Of a stretch of DNA of 26,969 bases, positions 7,712 to 16,333 are shown one piece after another (positions within the stretch are counted from its first letter, which is position 1; each line of letters opens with the position of its first letter). The stretch comes from a virus (Duplodnaviria > Caudoviricetes). The stretch is taken from the IMG/VR virus record IMGVR_UViG_3300016667_000104, positions 1 to 26,969 of that record; one strand, 5' to 3'. Both the position numbers and the translations under genes were made by a program. The notes beneath the pieces were generated by a model. The model saw nothing but the letters and a program-made list of their open reading frames with translations. It did not search any database and had not been told where the DNA came from.

Positions 7712-8209
7712 TCAACACCTCACAATGTCATCCTCACTACAGATTTCCCCCATCTGGACTTCGATTGCGATCAAAGTTTCGCGTAGATGAGTATTCGTGA
7801 TCTTGTGAATAGCCTGCTTAGGCACAAAGAAGGACTCGCCCTTCTTTATAGTGAAGATGCTGCCATCAACGATGACCTTACCTTCGCCTTGCACGATTGT
7901 CCAGTGTTCACTACGATGCTGGTGATACTGAAGAGAGATAGCCTGATCAGGCCAAATCTCTAGGCGCTTGACTTTGTATCCCTTATCAACGTCAAGAACT
8001 TGCCACTTGCCCCACGGACGGGTCATGGCAATAACAGCATTTGCAGGTTTCTTTTCAGGCTGATCATACATTTCTGGAAACTCCTTCGGTTGCCTATCCC
8101 AATATGCGTCATGTTCTTCTTCTGTCGAAAAGCGGCAACCAACACTACCAATCCTATGACTGCGGTTCTCACCACAGGAAGCATCACAATTACACCAAGT
8201 CATATCCAC
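7712..8209 (-). CDS. Cupin, ManC/type II mannose-6-phosphate isomerase C-terminal domain, with a Cys-rich N-terminal extension
   Basis: RPWG, YKVKRLEI.P...ISLQYHQHRSEHWTIVQG, H+I.N, IEVQ.G..C.EDDIVR. Confidence 0.85.
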   Translation of the reverse strand: MDMTWCNCDASCGENRSHRIGSVGCRFSTEEEHDAYWDRQPKEFPEMYDQPEKKPANAVIAMTRPWGKWQVLDVDKGYKVKRLEIWPDQAISLQYHQHRSEHWTIVQGEGKVIVDGSIFTIKKGESFFVPKQAIHKITNTHLRETLIAIEVQMGEICSEDDIVRC

Positions 8210-8739
8210 TCCAATCTAGGTTTGCCACTATATTCTCTGTTGAAGACGAACCAAGCGAAGGCTAACATTCCTCCGCCTCCATTAAATCCAACACGTTCAC
8301 CGAAAACATAGCAACATTCTAGCATATTGAGGCTATAAAGTCTATCTCTTCTTTCTTTGCCTTCAAGAAAACTTAGCTTGTTAAACATACAGACCTTATG
8401 CTTAGACAAGTTTAAGGCATGTAGAGTAAACTTCGTTCCAATCTTGAATGGAGGATTGGTGATAATGTTGTCCGTTTCTCTTCGACTATTCATGAAGTCA
8501 AAATGAGCGTCCCCGTAACCCCGATCAACAAGATCAGTAGCGTAAATATTGCTATAACCATAATGCTTTAACCTCTTACAAATTGCACCATCGCCACATG
8601 CTGGCTCCCAAATCTCACCAGTAAACTTCTCACGATCTAGCAAAGCATCGATAGCCCAATCGGGGGTCGCATAGAAGTCATCCTTCTCCCTGTTTGGATT
8701 ACCTGAGCCTGCTAGTCGTGTCATCTGCTCAAGGCTCAT
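8200..8739 (-). CDS. Small DNA N6-adenine (amino) methyltransferase
   Basis: DDFYATP, motif I WEPACGDG, motif IV ITNPPF, C-terminal FAWFVF. Confidence 0.8.
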   Translation of the reverse strand: MSLEQMTRLAGSGNPNREKDDFYATPDWAIDALLDREKFTGEIWEPACGDGAICKRLKHYGYSNIYATDLVDRGYGDAHFDFMNSRRETDNIITNPPFKIGTKFTLHALNLSKHKVCMFNKLSFLEGKERRDRLYSLNMLECCYVFGERVGFNGGGGMLAFAWFVFNREYSGKPRLEWI

Positions 8740-11294
8740 GAGAAGAAATCCGAGAGCGATGAAACTTTCTCAGTCTTCCAACCGATAGAGTCGAGAACAA
8801 TGCGAAGCGGGTCGATAAACGACTTCTCAAACTGAGTATCATAATCAATGTACTTCACAAGGTCAAGCTCTTTTGGTAGAATACCTGGGAAAGCGATAAC
8901 ATCACTTTGAATGATGTTTGGTTCTTTGAGGAAGATGTACTTGATCTTCTCACCCTCTTGGATCAAAGGATATTGCTTATCAAGCTTCTTCATCTTGATC
9001 AGATTGTTGTACAGCAGCGATGCACGAACATGCTGCGGTGTTCCTTTCTGATAGACAGACTTGGCATCAAAGAACTTTCCTAGTCCATTCACACCGCGCG
9101 GGAACGCAATGTCAGCAATGTTTTTGCCACGGAACTCTTCACGCCAAGTTTCAATCATACCAATCAGGTCATCTTCAGTTTTGTTCAGGACGATATCGAT
9201 TGCTTCCCACATGATCTTACGGCAATAGGTCGGAGTAGAAGACTTGATCATCTCAAGACCCATGACCTTAACCTTCGGCTTGGCATACTCAACACCTTCG
9301 TTATTATAGACGTTCATGATATAACGCTTCTTAGCTGTCCAGATACCCTTGTCAGCCAAGCCTTCGCGTTTCATTTGCATCTTTTGTTCGTAGGCGTTAA
9401 CGTATCCAGCAAGTTCAGCATAAGCTTTGTCAATAAACGGTTGGATCTTATCCTCACACGCCTTATCCATGAAGGCGATGATTTCTCTTGTATCAGCAGT
9501 TGGTTTCTGCTTAACAATAGTCCGGCTGACCAACTCATCAAGTGAAAGATAAATCGAATCTGTATCTGATGCAATAACATAATCTTTATCCTCAGTTTTG
9601 AGTAGCTTGTTAAGATACTCGTTTATCTTCTTCTCAATCCAACGAATCGACAACTGACCAGAAGTCGTGATAGCCGAAGCTTGACGAACATCGAAGAAGC
9701 GGAAGTATTCGTTGCCTAGAGCGCCGTAAGCTGAGTTCAACGACACTTTCTTAGCAAGCTGAAGATTGTTGAACCTAGCAATACGCTTCTCAATCTCAAA
9801 ACGCTTCGCCGGATCTTTCTCAAGCTCAAGCTCTTTCTTAGCTGCAATAGCTTTCTTCTTGTAAGCCGAACGGTCGTTGTACATGGTCTCCATGATTTCA
9901 GGCAAGAAGCCATGACGTTCTCTTGTGAAGAACTGTCCGTTTGGTGTGACGGTTACGTTAGCCGTTTGAAGAACACTCGTATTGATTTCCTGATTGAGTA
10001 GTCTATCAACGTCGATATTATTGCGGCTCATAAACTCACGAAGAGTTCCATCATAATGCTCAGGCTCAATCAGCGTCTCTGGGCTGATATTATACTGCAT
10101 GATCAAGTGTGGATACAGACTGTTCAAGTCAAACGATGCGACCCACTTATGTTCACCAAGAAGTGGATCTTTAACAAACGCACCAACATAAGCTTCATCT
10201 TTGCGGTTCTTTGTCTTTGGCGGAACCACCATGTTCTTCTTGAGAAGATAGTTGTAGATGATAGCATCCCACATACGCACCTGAGAGAATGCGTCATCAG
10301 GATTGGTCTTACTATCATATGCCAAAGTCAGTGTCAACTCTAGCAGCTTCAGCTTATCATCGATACGACCAACGAGTTCAACGTCCTTGATGTTATACTC
10401 AATGAATAGCTGGTAGTTCTGCTTGTACAAGCCGTGTAGATTGCCATATTCTTCATAAGAAAGCTTACGTTCACCAATCTCTTCGTGTGCGATTGCATCA
10501 AGACGATATGACTCCTGAGACTGTCCGCCTGGAGCAAACTTGCGATACATGGTGATATAGTCGAGTGTAGAAATACCAAGAAGCTTGTAAACGAGTTCTT
10601 CTTTACCGACCTTGTTTGTTGTGCGGCTATCGTTGATAATTCCCCACGGCGACAAACGCTTTGCTTCAGTTTCGCCAAGCACCTTGGTGATACGATTGAC
10701 CAAGTAAACAACGTCGAATCGTTCTACGTTCCAGCCAGTGATGATATCTGGATAATTACCCGTCCAATCGCCAAGGAACTTCTTCAGCAAATCATACTCG
10801 TCGCGACACTTAACATACCAAACATCATCGCGAGTATTGTTGAAGTCGCCGCAACCATATACGACTAAACCACCGAGAGTTGTCTTCATGGTGATAGAGA
10901 TGATCTTCTCGTTGGCAAGAGCCGGTTCAGGGAATCCGTTGTCAGATTCCACCTCAATATCGATGTTGCAGATATTGATCTTGTTGATATCCCACTCTAC
11001 ATCATCCGGATAAGTCTCGGCGATGAAAGCATACTCATACTTGTTATTTCCATAGATTGAAAATCCATTAACGTCTTCATACTTCTTAATGAAGTCTCTG
11101 GCGTCACGGATGTTTCCCGGCTTGATTTCAGACACATACTCGCCGTGAATAGTTGTCCATTCGGTCGGCTTCTTTGAGGGAACAAAAAAAGTAGGAAAGA
11201 AGTCGATCTTGCGACTCACTCTCCTACCATTTTCGATACCCCTATACAGAATGCGTGAACCGTAAACTTGTACATTGGTATAAAAGTCTGACAT
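8736..11294 (-). CDS. 43: Family B DNA polymerase, T4 gp43
   Basis: ExoI DIE, ExoII GWNVERFD, ExoIII YNIKD, motif A SFDLNSLYPH, motif B KKVSLNSAYG, motif C SDTDS, KKRY, C-terminal clamp-binding SLSDFF. Confidence 0.98.
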   Translation of the reverse strand: MSDFYTNVQVYGSRILYRGIENGRRVSRKIDFFPTFFVPSKKPTEWTTIHGEYVSEIKPGNIRDARDFIKKYEDVNGFSIYGNNKYEYAFIAETYPDDVEWDINKINICNIDIEVESDNGFPEPALANEKIISITMKTTLGGLVVYGCGDFNNTRDDVWYVKCRDEYDLLKKFLGDWTGNYPDIITGWNVERFDVVYLVNRITKVLGETEAKRLSPWGIINDSRTTNKVGKEELVYKLLGISTLDYITMYRKFAPGGQSQESYRLDAIAHEEIGERKLSYEEYGNLHGLYKQNYQLFIEYNIKDVELVGRIDDKLKLLELTLTLAYDSKTNPDDAFSQVRMWDAIIYNYLLKKNMVVPPKTKNRKDEAYVGAFVKDPLLGEHKWVASFDLNSLYPHLIMQYNISPETLIEPEHYDGTLREFMSRNNIDVDRLLNQEINTSVLQTANVTVTPNGQFFTRERHGFLPEIMETMYNDRSAYKKKAIAAKKELELEKDPAKRFEIEKRIARFNNLQLAKKVSLNSAYGALGNEYFRFFDVRQASAITTSGQLSIRWIEKKINEYLNKLLKTEDKDYVIASDTDSIYLSLDELVSRTIVKQKPTADTREIIAFMDKACEDKIQPFIDKAYAELAGYVNAYEQKMQMKREGLADKGIWTAKKRYIMNVYNNEGVEYAKPKVKVMGLEMIKSSTPTYCRKIMWEAIDIVLNKTEDDLIGMIETWREEFRGKNIADIAFPRGVNGLGKFFDAKSVYQKGTPQHVRASLLYNNLIKMKKLDKQYPLIQEGEKIKYIFLKEPNIIQSDVIAFPGILPKELDLVKYIDYDTQFEKSFIDPLRIVLDSIGWKTEKVSSLSDFFS

Positions 11295-11623
11295 TATGCT
11301 CCTGGAAGAATTAGTCCAGGTCCGTTGGGATTAAGAATAATACCACCGAACATGGAGTTGTAGTGATTAAGGAAGTCCTTGATGGGTGTCATTATACACA
11401 ATACGTGGCTCATGTCAAGCTTAACATGCTTGTCCTCTGAAAACTCTGCCCACGGAGCAAAGCCGATGTTAGGAGTTTTTGGATCAAGCTTGTTCGGCAT
11501 CACTACGATACGAACAGGATTTATGATCATCAACTCACCAACAACCTCATTAATAACACATTCACCAAGCAACTCTTCGCCAGTGATAAGTTTGAGGATC
11601 TTTATCTTTGATGCGTCAGCCAT
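11294..11623 (-). CDS. Conserved T4-like Sm-like-fold protein upstream of gp43
   Basis: KILKLITGEELLG...NPV...FAPW pattern and its position directly 5' of gene 43. Confidence 0.7.
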   Translation of the reverse strand: MADASKIKILKLITGEELLGECVINEVVGELMIINPVRIVVMPNKLDPKTPNIGFAPWAEFSEDKHVKLDMSHVLCIMTPIKDFLNHYNSMFGGIILNPNGPGLILPGA

Positions 11624-11811
11624 TACTCAAGCTCCGCCAAAAGATCGAACACACCAACGGTGGTCCACTTGGTTGGAATATAGGTGAGATTGCCACCCGA
11701 CTCACTCTTATAGACATACTTGTTATCGTAGTCCATAACCTTAGCAAGCTTCTCCCACTTGCCGTCATAATCACGCTGCTTCCACGCAGTCTCTAGAATA
11801 TTCATATTCAC
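11623..11811 (-). CDS. Hypothetical protein (62 aa)
   Basis: ORF track; AGGAG SD. Confidence 0.7.
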   Translation of the reverse strand: MNMNILETAWKQRDYDGKWEKLAKVMDYDNKYVYKSESGGNLTYIPTKWTTVGVFDLLAELE

Positions 11812-11814
11812 TCC

Positions 11815-12018
11815 TTAATGAAATCTAGTTCCGTTCATTTTCTCTTCGGTAGTGACGAAGATCATACGTTCTTCTTCGTCGGTGTAATAGACAGGAGTTA
11901 GACCTGCCATTCGATAGTCTTCTCCCCATTGTAGAGCAAGAAGAAAGTTGTTATTGGGTCCAGCTAATTCAGAGGCTTGCCTGATCAGGTCTTCAGAGAC
12001 TTCTTTGCTACGATCCAT
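11815..12018 (-). CDS. Hypothetical protein (67 aa)
   Basis: ORF track; coupled. Confidence 0.7.
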   Translation of the reverse strand: MDRSKEVSEDLIRQASELAGPNNNFLLALQWGEDYRMAGLTPVYYTDEEERMIFVTTEEKMNGTRFH

Positions 12019-12236
12019 TACCAGACTCCATCTTCAATGAGGTGAGCTTTGCCTTCGTTTATGTACTTTGTAATGCAGTCATCACATATGGAACCATTGT
12101 TGTATAAACCACGATGCAACGCATAAAGCTGCATATCATATTGAGAACCGTATTGTCCTAGAATGTAATTGGTGCCACTGCGATGGTAGACAACAGCGTG
12201 GCACTCTTTCTTCTCGTTGCAGGTGTTACACTTCAT
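12018..12236 (-). CDS. Hypothetical Zn-binding protein (CxxC...YGS.YD...ICDDC)
   Basis: ORF track; two Cys pairs. Confidence 0.7.
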   Translation of the reverse strand: MKCNTCNEKKECHAVVYHRSGTNYILGQYGSQYDMQLYALHRGLYNNGSICDDCITKYINEGKAHLIEDGVW

Positions 12237-12240
12237 GTTT

Positions 12241-12915
12241 TTAATCCCAGAGAGAGTGATAGTACTTTCCGAAAAGTCTCAGACCTTCCTTTCGTCTCTT
12301 CCATGCGGCGTCCATAGCCTTGTCATCAGACTTGAAGGTATCGTTAGGACCCTTTTTCATCTGCTTATACTTTTTGCCGTCTATTTCAACATCAACCCAC
12401 TGAATGTCGTGTTCGCCAGAATAGAACTGGTTTTCCCAGTCAGGATCAGCCGTGCATTCAAATGCGTAGATCATTTCACCAAGAACATACTCCCAACGTG
12501 ATTCGAGAAGAGCGTCAGTGTCCCACTCGTTCTCCTTCGGCGGAGCAGCAGTAGAACGCAAATGCTTCGGCACATCCTTATCATCAACCATAGGAGTGCC
12601 GTGTTTAGTATTCTTGAGTTCCTTCAACATAGGAACGATGATGAGCGAAAGAGTATAGTCCATGTTCCAGATATCATAGTTGTCGATACGAATCTTGATC
12701 TTACGCTTACGCTTATGGAACCAAAGCTTGTTCAAAGGCACGTTGATATGGTCATGCCACCAGTCAAGCGTCTTATCTACACGCTTATCCCACTTGGTAT
12801 GATCTTCCTCTTCGATTTGCCAGTAGCTCTTTTTGTGGTTCCATTCTAGCCACTTTTTCCAGACGCGCTGAGTATTCCACCAAGTGTTACGATATGGTCC
12901 GATATATACTTTCAC
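12241..12915 (-). CDS. Conserved myovirus hypothetical protein (224 aa)
   Basis: IRIDNYDIWNMDYTL..II.PML..LK..KHG.P.VD..DVP and LFGKYY.SLWD motifs; GTG start. Confidence 0.8.
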   Translation of the reverse strand: MKVYIGPYRNTWWNTQRVWKKWLEWNHKKSYWQIEEEDHTKWDKRVDKTLDWWHDHINVPLNKLWFHKRKRKIKIRIDNYDIWNMDYTLSLIIVPMLKELKNTKHGTPMVDDKDVPKHLRSTAAPPKENEWDTDALLESRWEYVLGEMIYAFECTADPDWENQFYSGEHDIQWVDVEIDGKKYKQMKKGPNDTFKSDDKAMDAAWKRRKEGLRLFGKYYHSLWD

Positions 12916-13085
12916 TTTTCCAATACCTTATTGATATGATCACGAATTGTCTTCAATGAATTTCTATAATGAGTTGTTACCCAACCATCATTCTGATCAT
13001 TGGTCATTTCATATGCCATTCGATCAATTGATTTCAGGACCTTATTGAGTTTATGCGCTTCAAGTTCCAGATCGTCGTGCGTCAT
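12912..13085 (-). CDS. Hypothetical protein, 57 aa (MTHDDLELEAHKL...NDGWVTTHYR...), missing from the ORF track
   Basis: Hand translation; its TGA overlaps the GTG start of the next gene. Confidence 0.6.
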   Translation of the reverse strand: MTHDDLELEAHKLNKVLKSIDRMAYEMTNDQNDGWVTTHYRNSLKTIRDHINKVLEK

Positions 13086-13800
13086 TATACTTCGTCCTTA
13101 GAATGTATTCTGTTTCTTCCCATGACTTCACATTATAATACTTATCAGCAAGAATTGCAAGAGGATAATCATTACCGCCAGGTTCGCCCTTATCACCGAA
13201 GAAGACGATTTCGCCTTTAACATGATGTTTGACTTGGCTCTTGTTCATACCTTTCAAGTATATATCAATGCCGGTCTCGCCGCCACTAACACACTCTAGT
13301 CTAGGAAATGCCTTGCTGATCCTTGTGGCGATTGCTTCACGCTCATTGGTGTTGATATCCCAGATGACATAGGCTAATCTCTCTTGCTTGTTAGCATTAC
13401 GACCGACAATAGAGAAGTTTACTGCGCCAGTGCGCTTCTCAATGTGATTACCGGTTCGAACAGAAAAACCAGACCACTTTAGTTCTTCTTCAAGAAAGTG
13501 TTTTTCAACTGGATCTAACTCAAAGTCGTTTCGATATACCAACTCATGAAAGACTTCAAGATTGTATCCTCTAAGAGTGATTGATCTGCGATAGAACTCG
13601 TTACCAGAACAGAGAAAGTATCCTTGGACTTTAGTTAGAATTTCACGACCAAGTTGTTCTCTAGTCTTATCAAAGTCTGAACCAGTAACAAGATAGACCG
13701 CATTCTTATCGCAGAATTCCAAAAAGAACTGCTCGAATGTCGGATCTATCTTGTCACGCGATGGCGTAAGAGTGCCATCTACATCAAAAACAAAGTTCAT
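13060..13800 (-). CDS. Eukaryote-type (HAD-IIB) phosphomannomutase
   Basis: FDVDGTLTPSR, VTGSD, IEKRTGAVNFSIVGRNA...ER, GGETGIDI, FFGDK..PGGNDY. Confidence 0.85.
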   Translation of the reverse strand: MNFVFDVDGTLTPSRDKIDPTFEQFFLEFCDKNAVYLVTGSDFDKTREQLGREILTKVQGYFLCSGNEFYRRSITLRGYNLEVFHELVYRNDFELDPVEKHFLEEELKWSGFSVRTGNHIEKRTGAVNFSIVGRNANKQERLAYVIWDINTNEREAIATRISKAFPRLECVSGGETGIDIYLKGMNKSQVKHHVKGEIVFFGDKGEPGGNDYPLAILADKYYNVKSWEETEYILRTKYNDARRSGT

Positions 13801-14039
13801 GCACCGTTGCCGGTCTTACCAGTTGCCTTCTTGATTTCATCAGGGCTAATCGACTTACAGATATAGTAAACGGTGCCCTGCGAAGTGCCAATCTTCATCT
13901 GCTCTTCGTTCATGATGTAGTTGCCCGCTTCGTTGCAAGCCTTTTCGTTATTGTATTCGGGAGTGTTTGGATATCTAACATCAACAGTAGCCTTACCGTC
14001 AGCTAGAACAGTGAAAAGAATAACATACCAAATAGTCAT
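13797..14039 (-). CDS. Small exported or membrane-anchored protein (80 aa)
   Basis: N-terminal hydrophobic segment, two Cys, GAGGT SD. Confidence 0.65.
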   Translation of the reverse strand: MTIWYVILFTVLADGKATVDVRYPNTPEYNNEKACNEAGNYIMNEEQMKIGTSQGTVYYICKSISPDEIKKATGKTGNGA

Positions 14040-14049
14040 AATATACCTC

Positions 14050-14268
14050 TTAGATTAACTTTGAAATTCCGTAGAGTTCAGGCACTTCTCTCTCAAGTAG
14101 AAACAATGCTTCTTTCTTGTCTCCTCGCCTCCAGCAATAGATGATATTGGCAAATTCAGATTGCTCACTAACATAATAGCCGCGATCCCTCAATTCTTCC
14201 ATAAGATCATCATCTTCGAAGTCTTCAGGACCAACATCAATCTCAACAGTTTCAGTGAAGGTTGCCAT
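14050..14268 (-). CDS. Hypothetical protein (72 aa; FEDDDLMEELRDRG)
   Basis: ORF track; GAGGT SD; first gene after a promoter. Confidence 0.75.
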   Translation of the reverse strand: MATFTETVEIDVGPEDFEDDDLMEELRDRGYYVSEQSEFANIIYCWRRGDKKEALFLLEREVPELYGISKLI

Positions 14269-14297
14269 AGTTACCTCTTGTTTTCACATTGTTCCTA

Positions 14298-14326
14298 ACT
14301 ATAGCATTATCCTATTAGGTTGTCAA
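14298..14326 (-). promoter_or_regulatory. Sigma70-type promoter (TTGACA-N17-TATAGT, extended TGn)
   Basis: Minus strand TTGACA ACCTAATAGGATAATGC TATAGT in an intergenic gap. Confidence 0.8.
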
Positions 14327-14327
14327 G

Positions 14328-14897
14328 CTACTTGACCCAGTACCAAGTGTCATGCTTATCTTGCTTGATTTCTTTGCCGACAGAAGCGGCAAATTCCACC
14401 ACAGCGCGACGAACGCCTTCAATGGCATTAAAGTCATGACCAGCGAAAATGCCACCCGGCTTCAGCTTGCGATAGTAGTTATGGCAATCAGCCAAGACCT
14501 GTTCGTAGGTGTGAAGTCCATCAACAAAGATGAAATCAACACTTTCATCCCAGAACCCTGAAACGGCTTCATCGGAAGTAAATTGATGGAGTGTATAACG
14601 ATTGGCAAATGGCGCCAATCTATTTCTCATCTTATCCAATACATCGTTTCGGTCGTTAAGATCATTGCCATTCCAATCTACATAACGAGTGTAAGGATCA
14701 ATACAATGTAGCTTTAAAGTTGGAACATTAAAAAGAAGTGCAGCCGCTGTCTCGCCAACATCTGTTCCAATTTCAATACCAATCGGATCTGTTAGTTCAG
14801 CAATCAATGATACCAAAAAGATACCAGAGGCGTCAGAGTGTGTTCGAACAGGTTCGACATAGTTATCAGTTGTGCTATAGCGCAATACTTCAGTCAT
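14328..14897 (-). CDS. Class I SAM-dependent methyltransferase (Methyltransf_24-like; putative sugar O-methyltransferase), paralog 2
   Basis: GIEIGTDVG, IDPY, DFIFVDGLHTYE..L.D....Y.KLKPGG...GHD. Confidence 0.85.
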   Translation of the reverse strand: MTEVLRYSTTDNYVEPVRTHSDASGIFLVSLIAELTDPIGIEIGTDVGETAAALLFNVPTLKLHCIDPYTRYVDWNGNDLNDRNDVLDKMRNRLAPFANRYTLHQFTSDEAVSGFWDESVDFIFVDGLHTYEQVLADCHNYYRKLKPGGIFAGHDFNAIEGVRRAVVEFAASVGKEIKQDKHDTWYWVK

Positions 14898-15597
14898 TCT
14901 TTAATTCTCCACTAGGTGCAATGTTGCCAGTCAATCCGACCCTATCAAGCTCAACGACATTCTGACCGTATAATACATGATAGATGGCATGTTCAATGTT
15001 TACGTTATATGTATTGCAGACCTCCAGCATCTTTGGCACGGCTGCTTTGTAGACAGGCAGCAGATTGAAGTCCATATGATATAAACGTGTCTCAAAGAAC
15101 TTACGCATACCAGTAACGTCTTGCATACCTGGTGGCATCCAACTGTTTTCCGATTTCAAAAAGACAAACTGGTTCTCATATTCAAGACCAAGTTTGAAGT
15201 GTTCATTCAGATGATATCGACCAGACACTTTATAGATACGCTTTGCCGTGATATCTTGCTGATCAAACCAGTCTAAGAAAGCCATAAGAGCGGTAAGTTC
15301 GCCTTGACTTTTCATACCGTGCTGTGAGTAAGACCTAATTGGTTCTTTATCACCGAGATAGATCACTTGTGCATCTAATCTAGCTAGTTCTCTGAGATAT
15401 ATGATGCAGTTTGGATCATCAGACACATCGATTAAGTAGATCATGCTATTTGGACAATGCCGTTTGATTGAACGGATTGTTTCTGCTGTCTGGTGAAATC
15501 GCTCTTCGTCGGTGTAGATCGATAGACGACCGTTTACACAAACGGCGCTGGTCACATAAAAGATACCATCAAATGTCGTTGTCAATGAAGTCACCAT
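14890..15597 (-). CDS. Conserved phage protein, putative glycosyltransferase-related
   Basis: FYVTSA, ERF.QT..TI.SI, IDVS, KS.GE, YKVSGRY.LN motifs. Function is inferred from context. Start is uncertain (ORF track 15642). Confidence 0.55.
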   Translation of the reverse strand: MVTSLTTTFDGIFYVTSAVCVNGRLSIYTDEERFHQTAETIRSIKRHCPNSMIYLIDVSDDPNCIIYLRELARLDAQVIYLGDKEPIRSYSQHGMKSQGELTALMAFLDWFDQQDITAKRIYKVSGRYHLNEHFKLGLEYENQFVFLKSENSWMPPGMQDVTGMRKFFETRLYHMDFNLLPVYKAAVPKMLEVCNTYNVNIEHAIYHVLYGQNVVELDRVGLTGNIAPSGELKND

Positions 15598-16333
15598 TAT
15601 TGAATCGAACGTTGAAGTACTTTGTCTCAGGTAGAGAGCCAACCCACAATTCTGTCGCGAATCGGTCGCATACAGAATTGAGCCATGGATTATTCACCTT
15701 ACGTTTCAGGTCATCATACCAACGAAGATCGGTCGGCTTCGGCAGTCTCCGAACATGATCAGATTTGGTCCAAAAGAAGTTGCCACGGAAATGTGGCGAT
15801 GGCTCAGTCTGATAGTCAACGCCTGCAATGTCATTAGTGTTGAGAGCATCTATGCAAAGTTCCCAGTCATTTATAACATTGTTCATAAAGTGTCGCCAGT
15901 AGAATCTATTGCGATACTTAGACGCACGACCGGGCACCATGAGATTGTTGACGATAGACATAATACCTTTAGAGTGAAGATATAGAACGATTTGATCTTC
16001 TGTCTGACAATCATTCCACATCTTCAGGTGTGTATAGCCCTCATCAGGGTTCTTAGAAACATTCTCATGAATTCGTCCAAGGTCTTTCATCATTTCAATA
16101 TCATTTGGATACTGGTTCTGAATGAACTCCATTTCGATTGGAGCCTTGTAAGTCTCACATAGATCATAGAACATGCGAACACGATCATCGTTCTGTGTGG
16201 TGACCGAGAAGCGCATACGACTAATGTTAGACATTAGACCGCTATCTTCCATAGCTTTGAAATGCTCTAGGAGAATATTACTCCAAAGAAAGCAATCATC
16301 TAGATATGCGTGATAGTATACGGTTGTCTTCAT
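15569..16333 (-). CDS. Conserved viral protein, putative glycosyltransferase
   Basis: VYYH, VLYLHSKG, WRHFM, HFRGNFFW, RF..E.W motifs. Function is inferred from context. Confidence 0.6.
   Translation of the reverse strand: MKTTVYYHAYLDDCFLWSNILLEHFKAMEDSGLMSNISRMRFSVTTQNDDRVRMFYDLCETYKAPIEMEFIQNQYPNDIEMMKDLGRIHENVSKNPDEGYTHLKMWNDCQTEDQIVLYLHSKGIMSIVNNLMVPGRASKYRNRFYWRHFMNNVINDWELCIDALNTNDIAGVDYQTEPSPHFRGNFFWTKSDHVRRLPKPTDLRWYDDLKRKVNNPWLNSVCDRFATELWVGSLPETKYFNVRFNNGDFIDNDI

Noticed and set aside
8736-11294. Intein, intron, split gene or altered active site in gp43 (also checked uvsX and gene 41)
   Set aside because: All three have normal lengths and contiguous canonical motifs.
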